This document shows, piece by piece, positions 30,095 through 42,612 of a DNA stretch of 64,000 bases; positions within the stretch are counted from its first letter, which is position 1; every line of letters starts with the position of its first letter. A program made the translations under genes and the position numbers. Location: the sequence record MH494197.1; one strand, 5' to 3'. The notes under the pieces were generated by a model. The model was given only the letters and a program-made list of their open reading frames with translations. It did no database searches and was not told the origin of the DNA.

Positions 30095-33094
30095 TTTCCT
30101 TACGGTGAAGAATCCGTTATTAACGGCTGCTGTACTTTTCTCATGAATACCAATATCCATATCCAGAATACCAAAAATGTTTTCTAATTTTTAGTTAGAA
30201 CTATTTCTTCCATTTTCTCTGTATCAAATGGTAGTTCTAGGAACCATTCAGGTAGATATTCCACACAGTCAATTGGATAACCTACTGCTTTGATACCCAT
30301 CGGGTTATCTTTTAAGTTACATACAATTACTTTTGTACCGTCAGTTACTTCAGGTACAGTTTTGTCATCATATACTTCACGTAGACGGTTCCATTGAATA
30401 CCTGCTAATACATGACCAACTTTACATTTACCAGAAACTTCATATTCTGCTTCTAAGTTGGTATAGTTCTTAACAGTTTTCGGTGAACCTTTTTCGTGTA
30501 CTGGCATGTCTTTAAATACCTCTTTAAAGTCACGTACACGCTGTTTAAGTTGAGCTTCAGACTCACCCACCAGCAATGCAATTAGAGTCTCTTCTAGGAA
30601 GTTCTGGATGTATTTTGGCGTGTCTGAACGTTTAATTTCAAGACCCATCGCTTTAATTTCACCGGCTTACCATCAACATCTTTACGGAAACCATCTTCCC
30701 AGTACTTGAGAATTGCATAACGCTTTTCTTCAGGAATAGACCACGGAACCGACCATCTCTAAGTCTGCACCAACAATCTTACCTTTCTCAATACCAGTAT
30801 TGAACATTTCGTTCATGAATGAAGGGAATGATTCGCCAACTTCATCACCGATTTTGATATACATGTCAACGATTTCTTCTTTAGAAAGATTATATGGAAT
30901 ACCTTGTTCTTTCAGGTAATGAGTTACACTGAAGTAAACGGAGTCAGTATCACCGTAAATCACAGAGCCACCTTGATGATTATAAACACCAGTAGTGATT
31001 TCATTGATACGGCTTGCCATATGTTTAGTCATAGAACGACCAGTTAAGGTAACGGACTGACCTAAACGCTTATCAAAGAAACGTGAACCTTTGTTCAATA
31101 GTGCACCATATAGACTGTTTAGAAGAATCTTACGAATTTGCTGGTTCTGTTTCCAGAATGCACTTTGCTGTTTGAAGTAATTCTTATCTTCCGGTGCACA
31201 GAAAATACGACCATCTTTCAGTACTAAACCATTTTCCACAATGAGTTTTGCAACTTCTTCCCATTGACCTTTACCAATAGCAATACGTAATAGATAAACA
31301 GGATCATTGTCATGTAAGTTTGTACGGAACATTGTACCACTTGTGTAGTTAGATAGCAAAGGTTCAACCTTCTCAGAACCATTGAATTCCCACCCATCAC
31401 TGTACATGTGTTTGTAGTCGATTACCATTTTTGTTGTGCTTTACGCTCAGAATACCATTGAGTAAGAATATCTGGAATTACACCATACTTAGACTTATCA
31501 AAAAGTGTTCCGTTAGCACTTAGTACAATAGTACTGTCTTCAGCAAAGATAATATCATACAATTCTTTACCAGTTGCATTGAACGAACTACCATCTTCTA
31601 AATCAACAATCAAAGTTTTGTCAGATTTTTCATGAACCATTGTAAATTCTACAGCAGCAAATAAACCATGCCATGCTGCGGTCCAATCAGGTTCAAACGC
31701 TTTAGATTTGGATTTAGCTTTTTGTTCTTGTACTTTAGCAGCAAGATATGCATCAGTGTAGTCTTGACGAAGTTGTCCAAGAATACATTCAGTACTCATG
31801 CCAAGTGTACGTAGTACAGTTGGATACAATGAGTTAAAGTCTGTACATCCCAAATCGCTAACAAGGCCAAGAACTGGATCTTGAACCCATGCACCAGCAG
31901 CTTTTGCACTGATTTTCTCATCTTCTTCATCACCTTCTTCACCATAGTACTCCATCTCTGGATCTAACTCAAAATCATCCTTCGGTGCTTTGTTAAAACA
32001 ACTTCACCGCGTGAGTGAGCGAGGTTGATAATAGCAGTGTCGATTAGTGCAACAGAACCCATTGTGGTACTAATTAGTACACATTCTTTATGAGCAAGAC
32101 GGTTATGCAGGTTGATAAAGTCACATTTAGCATCAATTTTCTTTAGAAGAATACTATCCTGCTTAGAATAACGCAAGAATGTAATGTAATCTTCTCGGTA
32201 TAATTTATCCAATGAACCTTCATAGGATACTTTGTTTTCTTTAGTTACTTTTTCAGCAATATAATCTAGTTTGTACGACTGTTCAACTTGACCAGCATGT
32301 TTCTTATAAAGAGCAAGATAGTCTAAGTGTACGCGACCAATAAGATCATACGTTACTACAGTTTTACCAAAGTTATCAGCTTCACGAGCATTTGGTTTTT
32401 ATTCCACAAGCACCAACGAGCAGTAGTTGCTTCATTGAAGATTTTCTTGGTACGGTTTACCATATATGGAATATCAAAGAATTCACTGTTCCAACCTGAA
32501 ATTACATCAGAGTCATCGATTAGACTAAAGAACTCCATAAACATTTCTTTCTCATCCGTATAAAGGATGACAGTACTGTTAGGTCGTTAGTTTCTTCGTT
32601 TAACTGACGAACAATATCTTGTGCTTCGTACATTTCCATATCAGTTGGTGGTAAAGTCAGTACATAATCCTTACCAGTCCATGATTGATATAGAGAAATT
32701 GCAGTTACACGGTTGAATGGATCTGATGGTGGAGCATAACCAAACTTCTTATGGAAGTCGGTTTCGATATCGAAAAATGCTACGTTCAAATCCGGCGAAC
32801 CTTTACCCATGTATTCTCTAGCCAACGTTTTGAAGGTAATGTTGCAATCACTTTCAAAAATACGTAGACCTTCATTTTTATGTTGCTCAACGCTTTTATT
32901 CATCTGTGATTGAGTTTCAAACTCCAAATGCTTTGCGTTGGTTCCATAAATTGTTTTGTGTTCACCAGTAGGAGATTCAACATAATATTCATATACTGGG
33001 TCCAACTGACGTAGAATACGTTTACCGTTTTACGTTCTGCTACGTGCAAAATATCACCAGTACGTTTACGTTCCATATAAGCATCGATATACAT
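30095..33094 (-). CDS. gp43: Family B DNA polymerase (gp43-like, merged)
   Basis: FDIET (ExoI); GWNSEFFDIPY; DFNSLYP; KILLNSLYG; YGDTDS. Confidence 0.97.
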
Positions 33095-33132
33095 CGTTTG
33101 TATTCCTTTACGTTTATTAAGTTAAAAATAAA

Positions 33133-33153
33133 GCCCCATTCATTGGAGGCTAT
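33133..33153 (-). terminator. Probable terminator
   Basis: Minus strand AGCCTCCA-ATGAA-TGGGGCT-TTTATTTTT. Confidence 0.55.
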
Positions 33154-33174
33154 AAAGTTTAGTTTTAGTACTTA

Positions 33175-33479
33175 TTAGTAATCGTCATCTGCTTGTGGCA
33201 AATTGTTAGTAACACTTAGGATAGTTTCGATGTTATCGAGTTTGTTTTGTTTGTCAAAGTAATCGCCTTTGTAGATACGTTGAGCGGCTTGTTTGATATC
33301 GGATGCATCAATACCTAGTTCATCAGAGATGGAACTAATGAAATCTGCATAGGATGCTTTGGTGTCGTCAATAAAAGTAAGTTGTACTACTGCGTTGTTT
33401 AGTGCATCACCTAGACGTTTACGTTGTTCATCATTTAGGTCACGAATTTCAACTTTAACTTCTTTTTAGCTTTTGCCAT
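33175..33479 (-). CDS. Small acidic protein resembling T4 DsbA dsDNA-binding protein (merged)
   Basis: ~100 aa; ISDELGIDASDIKQAAQRIYKGDY; DsbA-like size and pattern. Confidence 0.55.
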
Positions 33480-33540
33480 TTGTTTGCTTCTCCATGTGTT
33501 TTGAAAAAATGTCATCTCACAACCGCTGTAAGATGACTAC

Positions 33541-33568
33541 ATTGTATCACTACTTACGATTTTGTTCC
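33541..33568 (-). promoter_or_regulatory. Promoter GGAACA-N16-TACAAT upstream of the dsbA-like gene and PolB
   Basis: TGA-TACAAT with 16-nt spacer. Confidence 0.65.
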
Positions 33569-33579
33569 AAAAACTTTTA

Positions 33580-34091
33580 AACAGGTTTAACAGGGAACGA
33601 AAACTTCTTCTTACTAAATTCAGATGTTGTTAGAGATGATAGCTCAAGAACATATGCTTTCAACTTAGAAACAGTTCTATTTCATAATCAGTTGCTACCT
33701 CAAGATCTATCGCCATCTTAATGTTATTCAACTCATTAATTGCTACGGTTCTTAATTCTTGGTGCTCAGATGATAGACGTTTGATCTTTTCATCAGTAGA
33801 TTCAACATAATCAGAAATTTTACTTCCATCATAGATTTTACCAACTACTTCATCTTCATCTCCATCATGCTCCAACTCAGAAACACTGTATCCATACGGT
33901 ACTAACAATGTTACATCATATGATGCTTGTGCAATATATCCATCGTCAGAGTACTGAACTTTTAAAGTATCTTGTCTGAATTCGCTTTGACAATCATACC
34001 AGTCAATACCCTCATCTGACAATAGATAAAGAACATTATCGCCATGTTTTTTCTACTGGGATATATTTTTGAAATTTTTATACGTTTTCAT
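33580..34091 (-). CDS. Tail fibre assembly chaperone (Tfa-like)
   Basis: DWYDCQSEFRQDTLKVQY...YDVTLLVPYGYSVSE, directly after the fibre gene. Confidence 0.75.
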
Positions 34092-34092
34092 A

Positions 34093-35717
34093 TTAAGACT
34101 CCACTACTACGTTAGTCCATACACCATTTACTAGTTTTTGTGTATATCTCCAACTCAAACCTTCAACGTGTGTACCTGAACTACCATTTACTGAAATAAA
34201 CAACCCATCCAGTGTAGCACCTTCTGGTACATAGTTCCAAGAAGAATCAGGAACATTTCGCGTAGTTGTTCTTTTACTTAAACGAACATCTTGTACAGCA
34301 CCTAGTGTTAAAGTTACGTTACCGTTTGCATCAGCGTTGTTACCGTTAATAGATCTGACGATGTTTTTACTAGCAACAGTTGCTGTGTTTCCAGAAATAG
34401 ACAATGATGCACCAGTTACTGATGGAGCATAAAGTACACCAGAAGAGTTAATTGTAACTTCAGAACCACCATTACTTCTCAAACGTAATGTATTTGTTGA
34501 TGAACTGTGATAAATTGCTGCACGTTCAGTAGTTCCTGCCGCGTTACGGAAGTAAAGTACCAAAGATGTGTCGTCTGAACGAATTGTTGCACTGTTAGCA
34601 ATACTCAATGAACCAGACATTGTATCACCAGTTTTCAGTACATAACGGGTGTTTGCAACTTTTCACTCAACGCAACGTTGGACTCAGCAATGTTATATAA
34701 GTATGCCACATTGAAGTGTGGTACGTCAATATTACTAATTCCGTGGCTGTGTGCTTGACCACTACCAACAGTGTTCGTAGAGCCACTGAAACTATGCACG
34801 TGATCAGGTGCTTCGTTAATGTTATTAATTACAGTTGGGATTCCGTTGTCGTTACTGGATGTTAACGCATTAAGACCACTTCTGTCCATACCTTTAGTGC
34901 CTGACTATGACCATGACGACCAGCAGCACCAGTAGTTCCACTGAAACTAAATGAGTGCGGTGGAAGTTGAGCAATTGATATAGCAGTGCCACTAATTGAT
35001 GCACTACTTGCAATCACACTATCAGTTTTAGTTACGCCTGATGTGGTAATGCCTTTCAAGTATGCTTCTTGGTTAAGATTTGGAACTTGTTTTGTGATTG
35101 TACCATTTTCACCAGCCCATGTCCACCACATTCCATCAGCAAAACACCAACCATCAGAAGTTTTCCACGGAGAACCTTGTGAACCATTACGACCACTTTG
35201 ACCATTAGTTACACCAGACATCTGTTCACGAATACTAGCAACAGTTTGTCCAGAAGTCAATGAGTACTGGTAATTGCACGGGCTTCATTGAAGTATAAAG
35301 ACCTGTTGGGCCAGTACCGCTACTTGATGGAATAGGGAATACGATATTTAAATTCGTACCACTAATGCTCGCACTTGGAACAGCACTACTACTATATGTT
35401 ACTGTTTCAACTTTTAAATTCAGTTTACGGTTCACTTCATCGAGTGAAATACGGATTGGTTCAAGAATTGTATCAGTATCATATACTGCAATCCAACTTG
35501 TACCGTTGTGGTATTTTAACACCAACTCATTTCTATCAAATACCATCGCACCTTGCTCACCTGCTGGCAATGCCTGTACTGGTAAAATGACAGAAGATGA
35601 ATTAAAACGAATAGGTCTTGGATTAGTTGGTGTACCACCAAGCACTATTAGTTCTAAAGATCCATTAGCACCAGTACTAGTCATAGTATCCAGTGGGTTA
35701 TTAAAACTTATGCTCAT
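34093..35717 (-). CDS. Tail fibre protein (merged, about 540 aa)
   Basis: Collar-like DGWCFADG...VPNL; HxH motifs (RHGH, DHVH, AHSH); YVLKTGDTMSG; VRSING...GNVTL; C-terminal VQDVRL...GVWTNV. Confidence 0.85.
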
Positions 35718-35758
35718 GTATAAATCCCTTTAATGATTAATATATACTATATTTATTA

Positions 35759-36082
35759 CTATAGCAAGTCGTTTTCCATATCGTCAAGAACAGAATCAAC
35801 GATGTTCGCTGCTATCTTCTTAGGCATCTTGAACCACTCGGTGTTAGGTTGCCTTACTGCGTTCATTTGTTTTAGTCTTTTGTGAATTTCTTTCTCTGCT
35901 AAACGTGCATCTTCAAAGTGTACTTCATGGTATACCACAAAATCTCTAAAAGGTGTAGCAGTTTGATATGTCCTTAAACGCTCTGTCATTTCAGATTTAC
36001 TGGTAAATCCTATCTTAACATAATCAGGCCATGCATCATTTACTATAACATAACATATCTGTGACATAGAAAATATCTCCAT
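35759..36082 (-). CDS. T5orf172/GIY-YIG-like domain protein
   Basis: CYVIVN, VKIGFT, ERLRTYQT, AEKEIHKRL, TEWF. Confidence 0.8.
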   Translation of the reverse strand: MEIFSMSQICYVIVNDAWPDYVKIGFTSKSEMTERLRTYQTATPFRDFVVYHEVHFEDARLAEKEIHKRLKQMNAVRQPNTEWFKMPKKIAANIVDSVLDDMENDLL

Positions 36083-36134
36083 CAGTAATATGAAGATATT
36101 TATTAATCAAGTAATTCGGAAATTTACCCCAGCA

Positions 36135-36453
36135 TCAATTAGGCGTTGGAATGGGTTTGTGGCTCGAATTCAGAAGGAGTTTTGAAATGTTCAGTACTGG
36201 AGCATCAGCATGTAACTTTGACATACGTTCTTTGTACTTATCTAAGTATTCTTCATATAACATATCTTCAGTGTTACTATTAAGTATGTCTTCGATAAAT
36301 GAATCAATACTATAGTCCAGTCTATCATCATTATAATACAAAGTTTCACTAGCTTCATCATAACCAACTAAAGTTCCGTATGGAACATTAATCTCAATTT
36401 TGAGTACTGACTCTTTAAGTACTCTTCTTTCTTAAAATGTATACAGTTAACAT
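36135..36453 (-). CDS. Hypothetical protein (merged)
   Basis: RBS GGAGG, ATG at 36453, TAAATA near 36476. Confidence 0.55.
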
Positions 36454-36496
36454 TGGTATCCTCCATAGTTTTATGTATTTAGAATTTTAGTCAAAG

Positions 36497-36520
36497 AAAA
36501 GGACTCGAAGAGTCCCTATT
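36497..36520 (-). terminator. Terminator after the major capsid gene
   Basis: Minus strand GGACTC-TTC-GAGTCC-TTTT. Confidence 0.75.
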
Positions 36521-36559
36521 GTTTTAATTTCTTGATTAAATCTTTTAAATCGATTACAA

Positions 36560-37732
36560 TTACATGAAAGTAACGTTTTTGATAGCGATTTTGCTGTAGT
36601 AGTCAGCAGCGTTACCAAGAGATGAAGTACTATCAGTCAATTGTACATAACCATAACGAGTGAGGAAGGTTGTGACCAATTCACCAGTGTTAGGGTCCAT
36701 TACAGTACCGGAAGCCATTAGTGGGATGTATGGGCAATAGAACACACCAGCATCAGTTTCAGCGTTACCTTTGTAACCAATTAGGATATCTTCAACATCA
36801 CTTGCATAGGTATCAACGAAGATACGCATGGTGCTGTTTAGAGTACCAACAAATTTAACGTTAGTTGGAGCTTCGAAAGTACCTTCAGTAGTACGTGCAA
36901 AACTAGAAGTAGTTGCAGACTGTAGAATGGTTAGAGCGGTTGGAGAAACAACAGCCCAGTTCGCAGCACCACGTTTGGTACGACGAGCAACTTCGTTCGC
37001 TTGACGGTTGATTAGGGTAGCTAGAGCAGCGTGCTCGTCACCAACGAAGGTCGCAACACCAGTAACTTTAGATTGGTCATAAGTTACAGCAGCAGCACCG
37101 TAGTGCACGTAGACGGCTTAGTAGCTCTTGGTCGATTTCAACGGTAACTTCTTGAGCGATTGCAGCCATTAGTTCAGCTTCAACGTCGATACCATGTTGG
37201 GATTGTGCATCTTGTGCAGATTCAACAGTCCAACGTGCAGATAGACGACGAGATTTCGCTTCAACAGTTTCACGTAGAATACGGATGTTAACGCGACGAC
37301 CCATAGTACCTTCTAGTTGGCTAGTAGGAGCAGCTTGTGGGTTGCTGTTGTCTGCGTTTAGGTCACCAGTATAAGACTTAGCGATTTTGTATGGAGAAAG
37401 CATTTCTTCACCAGCGATAACACCGGAGCGTTGTCAGCATATTGAACACGTAGGGTGTGGATCTGACCAACTGGGCCAGTCATTGGCTGAACACCGATGA
37501 TTTCGTTAGCGATTACGGTTGGCATAACACGACGCATAATTGGTAGAATCACTTTGTTTAGAGTAGCGATGTTACCAGCAGTGGTTGCACCAGAAGTAGC
37601 AGATTCGTTTAGCATTAGTTTACGATGGTTATCAAGTACGGTTTCCATTACGGACTTACGAGTACCTTGTAGACCTTCAACTAGTTTCTCTTTAACTGCT
37701 ACCCATTTGGATTCATTTAGTAGTTGTGACAT
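36560..37732 (-). CDS. gp23: Major capsid protein (gp23-like, merged)
   Basis: IIGVQPMTGPVGQI; VEAKSRRLSARWTVESAQDAQSQHGIDVEAEL; EIDQE; FYCPYIPL; TRYG. Confidence 0.97.
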
Positions 37733-37776
37733 TATTATCTCCTTAAAGATGTTATATTCGTTTTTCAGTATGATAT

Positions 37777-37784
37777 TATTTATA
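37777..37784 (-). promoter_or_regulatory. T4-type late promoter TATAAATA of the capsid gene
   Basis: Exact match about 45 nt upstream of the ATG. Confidence 0.8.
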
Positions 37785-37803
37785 GAACTGAAAAATTTGA
37801 TTA

Positions 37804-38931
37804 TTAAAATGCTTTAAAATGTTTATTTTTATTGATACCAGAAAGAACATCGAGTTCTTTTAGGAATGCCATATCGTCAGCGGTCATTTCTTCGCTTTCA
37901 ACAATAGCCTGACGGTTGCCAGTGATTACTTTACCTTCTGCAAGAGTTCTCTTAGCGGAAGACTGAACTGCTTGACGAGTGGTAGCAGATTCATTTACTT
38001 TAGTACCGTTAAGTACTGACTTATGGTACTTGCTGAAATCGTCTTTAAGCTTTTCTGTAGGAGAAGTAGCTAGAAGGGATTCCATAATTTGTTTCTGTTG
38101 TGTAGTTAGTGGCTTAACTAGTTCAGACATAATCGCATTACGAGCTTGTGAATCTTCCATAATACGTAGTTTGGTTTTAGCAGCTTTAACTTCACTTACA
38201 GTTTCATTTAGTTCTTTCTTAACTTGAGCAATTTCGTCTTCTTTAGACTTGATTGATTCAGTTAGGGAACGTAGTAGTGAATTCTCATTAAATTGTTTGA
38301 CATTAAACTCTTGAGCAAATGCTTCAAAGATTTTACGACCAAACATATTTTGTTTTGCTTCAACAAGATCTTCTTTCAAAGCGTATAGGTTTTTCTGAGT
38401 AGTTTCTGCAATATATTTAGCAGCACTTTCAGATGTACGTTTGATGAAGTTGTTACGTGCTTCAGCAATTTGACGGAGCCTTCAGCTAGTTTAACGCGAG
38501 TTTCAACTAGTTGACGTTTCTCGATGTGGAATTCTTTTAGCTCTTCTGCTAGGATACCGTTAGAGAAATTAACGAATTTATCCATGCATTCTTGAAGATG
38601 CTTACGTTCTTTACGCATTTGTTTAACTTCTTCAGCCAAAACAGAGTTAGAAAACGCAGAGAAATTACTTAGGGTTTTGCGGAGAGTTACACGATCTTCT
38701 ACAAGACGTTTTTCTCTTCATATACTGCACCCATTTCTTCAGCGATAACTTGAGTAACCATAGTATTTAGACCTTCGGTTAGCTCAGACAAATCTTGTTT
38801 GTAGCGGCCTTTCATTTCTTCACGCATTTCTGCGGCAAGTGTGTTTTTTCTTCATTCCATGCTTCCTGAATTAGCTGTTTTGCCTCATCAGAAAGAGATG
38901 ATTCTTTTAGAAGCTTTTCTAATTTAGACAT
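37804..38931 (-). CDS. gp22: Prohead core scaffold (gp22-like, merged)
   Basis: Long coiled coil, FGRKIFEAFAQEF, between protease and MCP; TATAAATA at 38979-38986. Confidence 0.85.
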
Positions 38932-39054
38932 TCGTTCTCTCCTTTAAGTACTGAAATATCTGTACTTCAACATACAAATATTTATATTTTTAAAATGTTA
39001 ACCTTTTAATTTCTTGAAAAAATCGTAAATTTCAGAATCTACATTATTTACTGT

Positions 39055-39615
39055 TTTAGATTCTGTGATTTTTTAGGACTATTACAAGGTGATCCGTACT
39101 ACTCATCAGAGATTCAAAACCGCAGTAGGGTATGCCTCTGGAGCACTAGGTTGAGCAACAATATCAATTGTGATAATTTCAAAATCAGAAACTATTCCAT
39201 TGTAATCCACGTTACCGGAACCACGAGAACTTACACCAAGTTTCACACCAGCTTCTAGCATTTTACGAATATTAGTACCATGAGCAGTATCAAGTAGTTT
39301 GATTTCTGCCATGCCGTTAGCACCTTCCATCCAGACCTTAGTAATCATTGCTGCTACACGGTCAAGGTTAATTGTTAGTGTTTCAGGGTGGTCACATTCA
39401 ACTAGAATACTTTCACCTTTAGCCAAACGTTGAGCCATATTATTAACAGCTTTAGTAATTTCGGCTAAAGGGTAAATTCTCTCATTTAAATTTCTTTGAT
39501 CGGCTTGAATAGCAATACCACGAAGATAGCAATCACGCCCACCAAGTCCATTATCACGATGTTCCAAAACAACTTTAGAATCATTGAATGAAGACCATTC
39601 ACGAATCATACTCAT
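39055..39615 (-). CDS. gp21: Prohead protease (gp21-like)
   Basis: ADQRNLNERIYP; ECDHP; LGVSSRGSG; DIVAQPSAPEAY. Confidence 0.95.
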
Positions 39616-39636
39616 AATGATCTCCTTTCCTTTTCT

Positions 39637-40478
39637 TTATTTAGTGTTAGATTTTTGGTTGTGATTTTGGTAGTGGAGAACGAGATTTAGAAGCGGTATT
39701 TTTGGCTTCGCAACATCTTTCATTTCGCCACGAGCATTTTTACCTAGGTCTTCATCAGTGTGGGACATAGCATCTTCGTTTTCAAAATCATAATCTACTT
39801 GTTTTTCGGAAGCTTTAGCGAATTTCACTGGAGCAACACCTTGAACTGGAGATTTAGCTTCTGGAGCAACTGGGGACTTGGTATTAACGCCAGCTTTTTC
39901 TTTCTTATCAACCGCAGCAACTTGCTTAAGTTTGAAAGACTCACCAACTTTCTCATCACCGAATTGTACATCAGCAAATTCGTCTTCAGATTCTTCACCA
40001 TCAGCACCGAATTCTTCTTCCGCACCAACTTCAACTTCTTCGTCGTCAGAACCTAGGTCAACTTCATCACCACCGATTTCGTCAAACATTTGTTGTAGGC
40101 CACGGAAAGCATCTTGAATAGATTCCCATTGGTCTTCGGAAGGAACTTCTGCACCAACTTCTGCTTCAGCGTCAACTTCTTCGCCATCAGCATCAGCAGA
40201 GAATTCAACTTCTTCTTCTGCACTTTCATCTTCTTCACCTAGGGTGTATTCGATTTCAGCATTTAGACCAGCGTCTGGTTGAACATCAAAGTCTTCGTCA
40301 AGTTTTTCTTCGTCTTTGACTTCAACTTCACATTCTTCTTCGTCCATGCTTTCTTCTAGTTCTTTATTGATTTCTTGAGCTTGCTCAACAAAGTACTTAC
40401 GCATTTTTTATCAGCAACATCTTGTTCGCCGTTTGCAAACGCTTCAATTGCTTCTTGTAGTAGTTTTAAATTCGCCAT
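39637..40478 (-). CDS. Very acidic prohead core/scaffold-like protein (merged)
   Basis: E/D-rich, between portal and protease, late promoter at about 40522. Confidence 0.65.
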
Positions 40479-40595
40479 TATATCCTCCATAGATATATTA
40501 CATTCATATAAAGTATGATATTATTTAGTACTGAAAAATTTCGCCATTTTAAAAGCTTTAAAAGTGCGATTTTTGTTTACATTAATCCTGAACCA

Positions 40596-40802
40596 TCACC
40601 GGATGGTTGCTGCATAAACAACAGCGACAACATTTTTGCGTCGTTGTTCTTCATTAGCTTTAAATTCACGGTACTTTCTTAAATTATTAAGTACTTGTAA
40701 TGTTAGTTTTGGTTTTCTGGAATCAGTAATTTTATATACGTTCTGATCATCTTCAGGGTCGTATAAAGAATCACTGCTAGATTCAAAGATGTCCTTTAAC
40801 AT
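40596..40802 (-). CDS. Small hypothetical protein in head module
   Basis: RBS GGAG; SRKPKLTLQVLNNLRKYRE. Confidence 0.7.
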   Translation of the reverse strand: MLKDIFESSSDSLYDPEDDQNVYKITDSRKPKLTLQVLNNLRKYREFKANEEQRRKNVVAVVYAATIR

Positions 40803-40865
40803 TTCATCTCCTTTGAATATGCATTATAATGAGGGCAACTAATGTACCCTCATTCTTATACATTG

Positions 40866-42600
40866 TTATTTATGATTAAAAGAATCGCCTAAATTATTCG
40901 GGTTAAAACCTGCACTTCCTTGTTGTTCTTGGTATTCAGCATCGGCACTTTCTAAGTTACCGTCATCATCAATACCCAAATCCATACCGGGATCGTTAGG
41001 AGCATCTATACCAACAGATTGCAACCCAGCAGCATCTTCTTCACCACTTGACGGAGCGGAACCATCTTGTGGATTTTCTTGGAGCCACATTTGCTCATTC
41101 TTAACAATATCAGCTTTAGAAAGCCCATTTTTCAAGAATAGTTTGTTTTGCCATATATGGCAGATCGTTAAGTGGGAGATAGGTGTTAATTAGTTTAGCA
41201 TCTAGTTCCGCTTTACGATAAGCCAAGTTAATAGGTGGATTCATAATTACTTCAAAAGATGAAGTACTAATGTTATATCCATTTTAACCATAAAACGTTT
41301 AAATTCTGCATCAAATAGTTTTGCAACTAAACGTTGATAACGCATACATTGGTTATTAAAACGTAATTCACTTGCCATTGCTTGTGTTGCACCATCACCA
41401 AATAGTGATACACCACCATCATCTGGACCTTGCGGTAGATATGAAGCTGGGATTTGCAAACCACGAATCAATTTATTGTTGAAGTAACGCAAGTCATCAA
41501 TCTGACCTAAGTTATCACCACCGGAAGTGTTTGTACATCTGAACCACGACCTTCAGAAGTTTGTGGGAAGAAGTAATCTTCTAGAATACTTAATGGATTA
41601 TATGCTGCATCCATTAGAGAAGTACTGCCACCTTTATTTGAAGGAATACGTCTTTGGTGAATTTCATTTTTGAATCGTTCTACGTATGCCATTGCTTGGT
41701 GAGTTTGCATATCACCAACGTCAATTTTAAATACACGACGCTCTGGAGCACGTTGAACACGATAGATAATAATACTATCTTCAAGTAATTCTTTTGTTTA
41801 TAGACTTTGAAAACATCTTCAAGTATACTAGTACCAAAAGGCCAAACTCCATCTTGTCCTGTATTTAGGGTTAGATGAATTACATGTTCTGCACCAACTG
41901 GAATAACATCAAGACGACCGTTAGTACTGAATGGGTCAGCAGAGTTTCCTTGGTTAGTAAAGCCAGATGCACCACCTGCTGCCACTGAACCACCACCACC
42001 TAATGTGGTAGGGATTGCACCGGGTATGCAGTTTTATCAAATCCAACTTGTAAGTTACTAAACACTTTATCTTTAAGATTCAAAGATACGTCACGAATAT
42101 AATAAATTACAGGGTTTTTCCGGTTGCTTCGTTAACGAATACTTGTTCAACGTTTTTGGGCTTACCCAGTACCAGTCAAATGTTTCTGGGTCACGAATGA
42201 AGAATTGGTCACCATATTTTAATAGGCCACGTACAATTTCATACATTCTGGTTTTAAAATCATTTTGTTCAGTCCATGCATCCAAACGGTCTTCAATAGT
42301 AGTTACTTCTGTATCACCAATATCATCTTTATATTTGATTTTATATGGAAGACCAAAATCTTCAGTACTTTGTGTACAGAAGTCAGCAATGATATTAAGT
42401 GCTGTTCTAATTTCAGGATCTTGGTCCATCTGTTCATACTGACTATAACGTTCAGTACGGTTAGCTAAACCATTGTATACTACTGGAAGATAGGAAGCGA
42501 AATTTGTTTTCGTTCCTGTTGATTTGTTGCTATTACTGGACTGATTAGGGACGACCGATAACTTCGATCTCCCCATTGTCATATGTCGTTTCCAACTCAT
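40866..42600 (-). CDS. gp20: Portal protein (gp20-like, merged)
   Basis: YEQMDQDPEI; IVIYRVQRAPERRVFKIDVG; LEDYFFPQ; TLPGGDNLGQIDDLRYF. Confidence 0.96.
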
Positions 42601-42612
42601 TATTGTTCGTCC

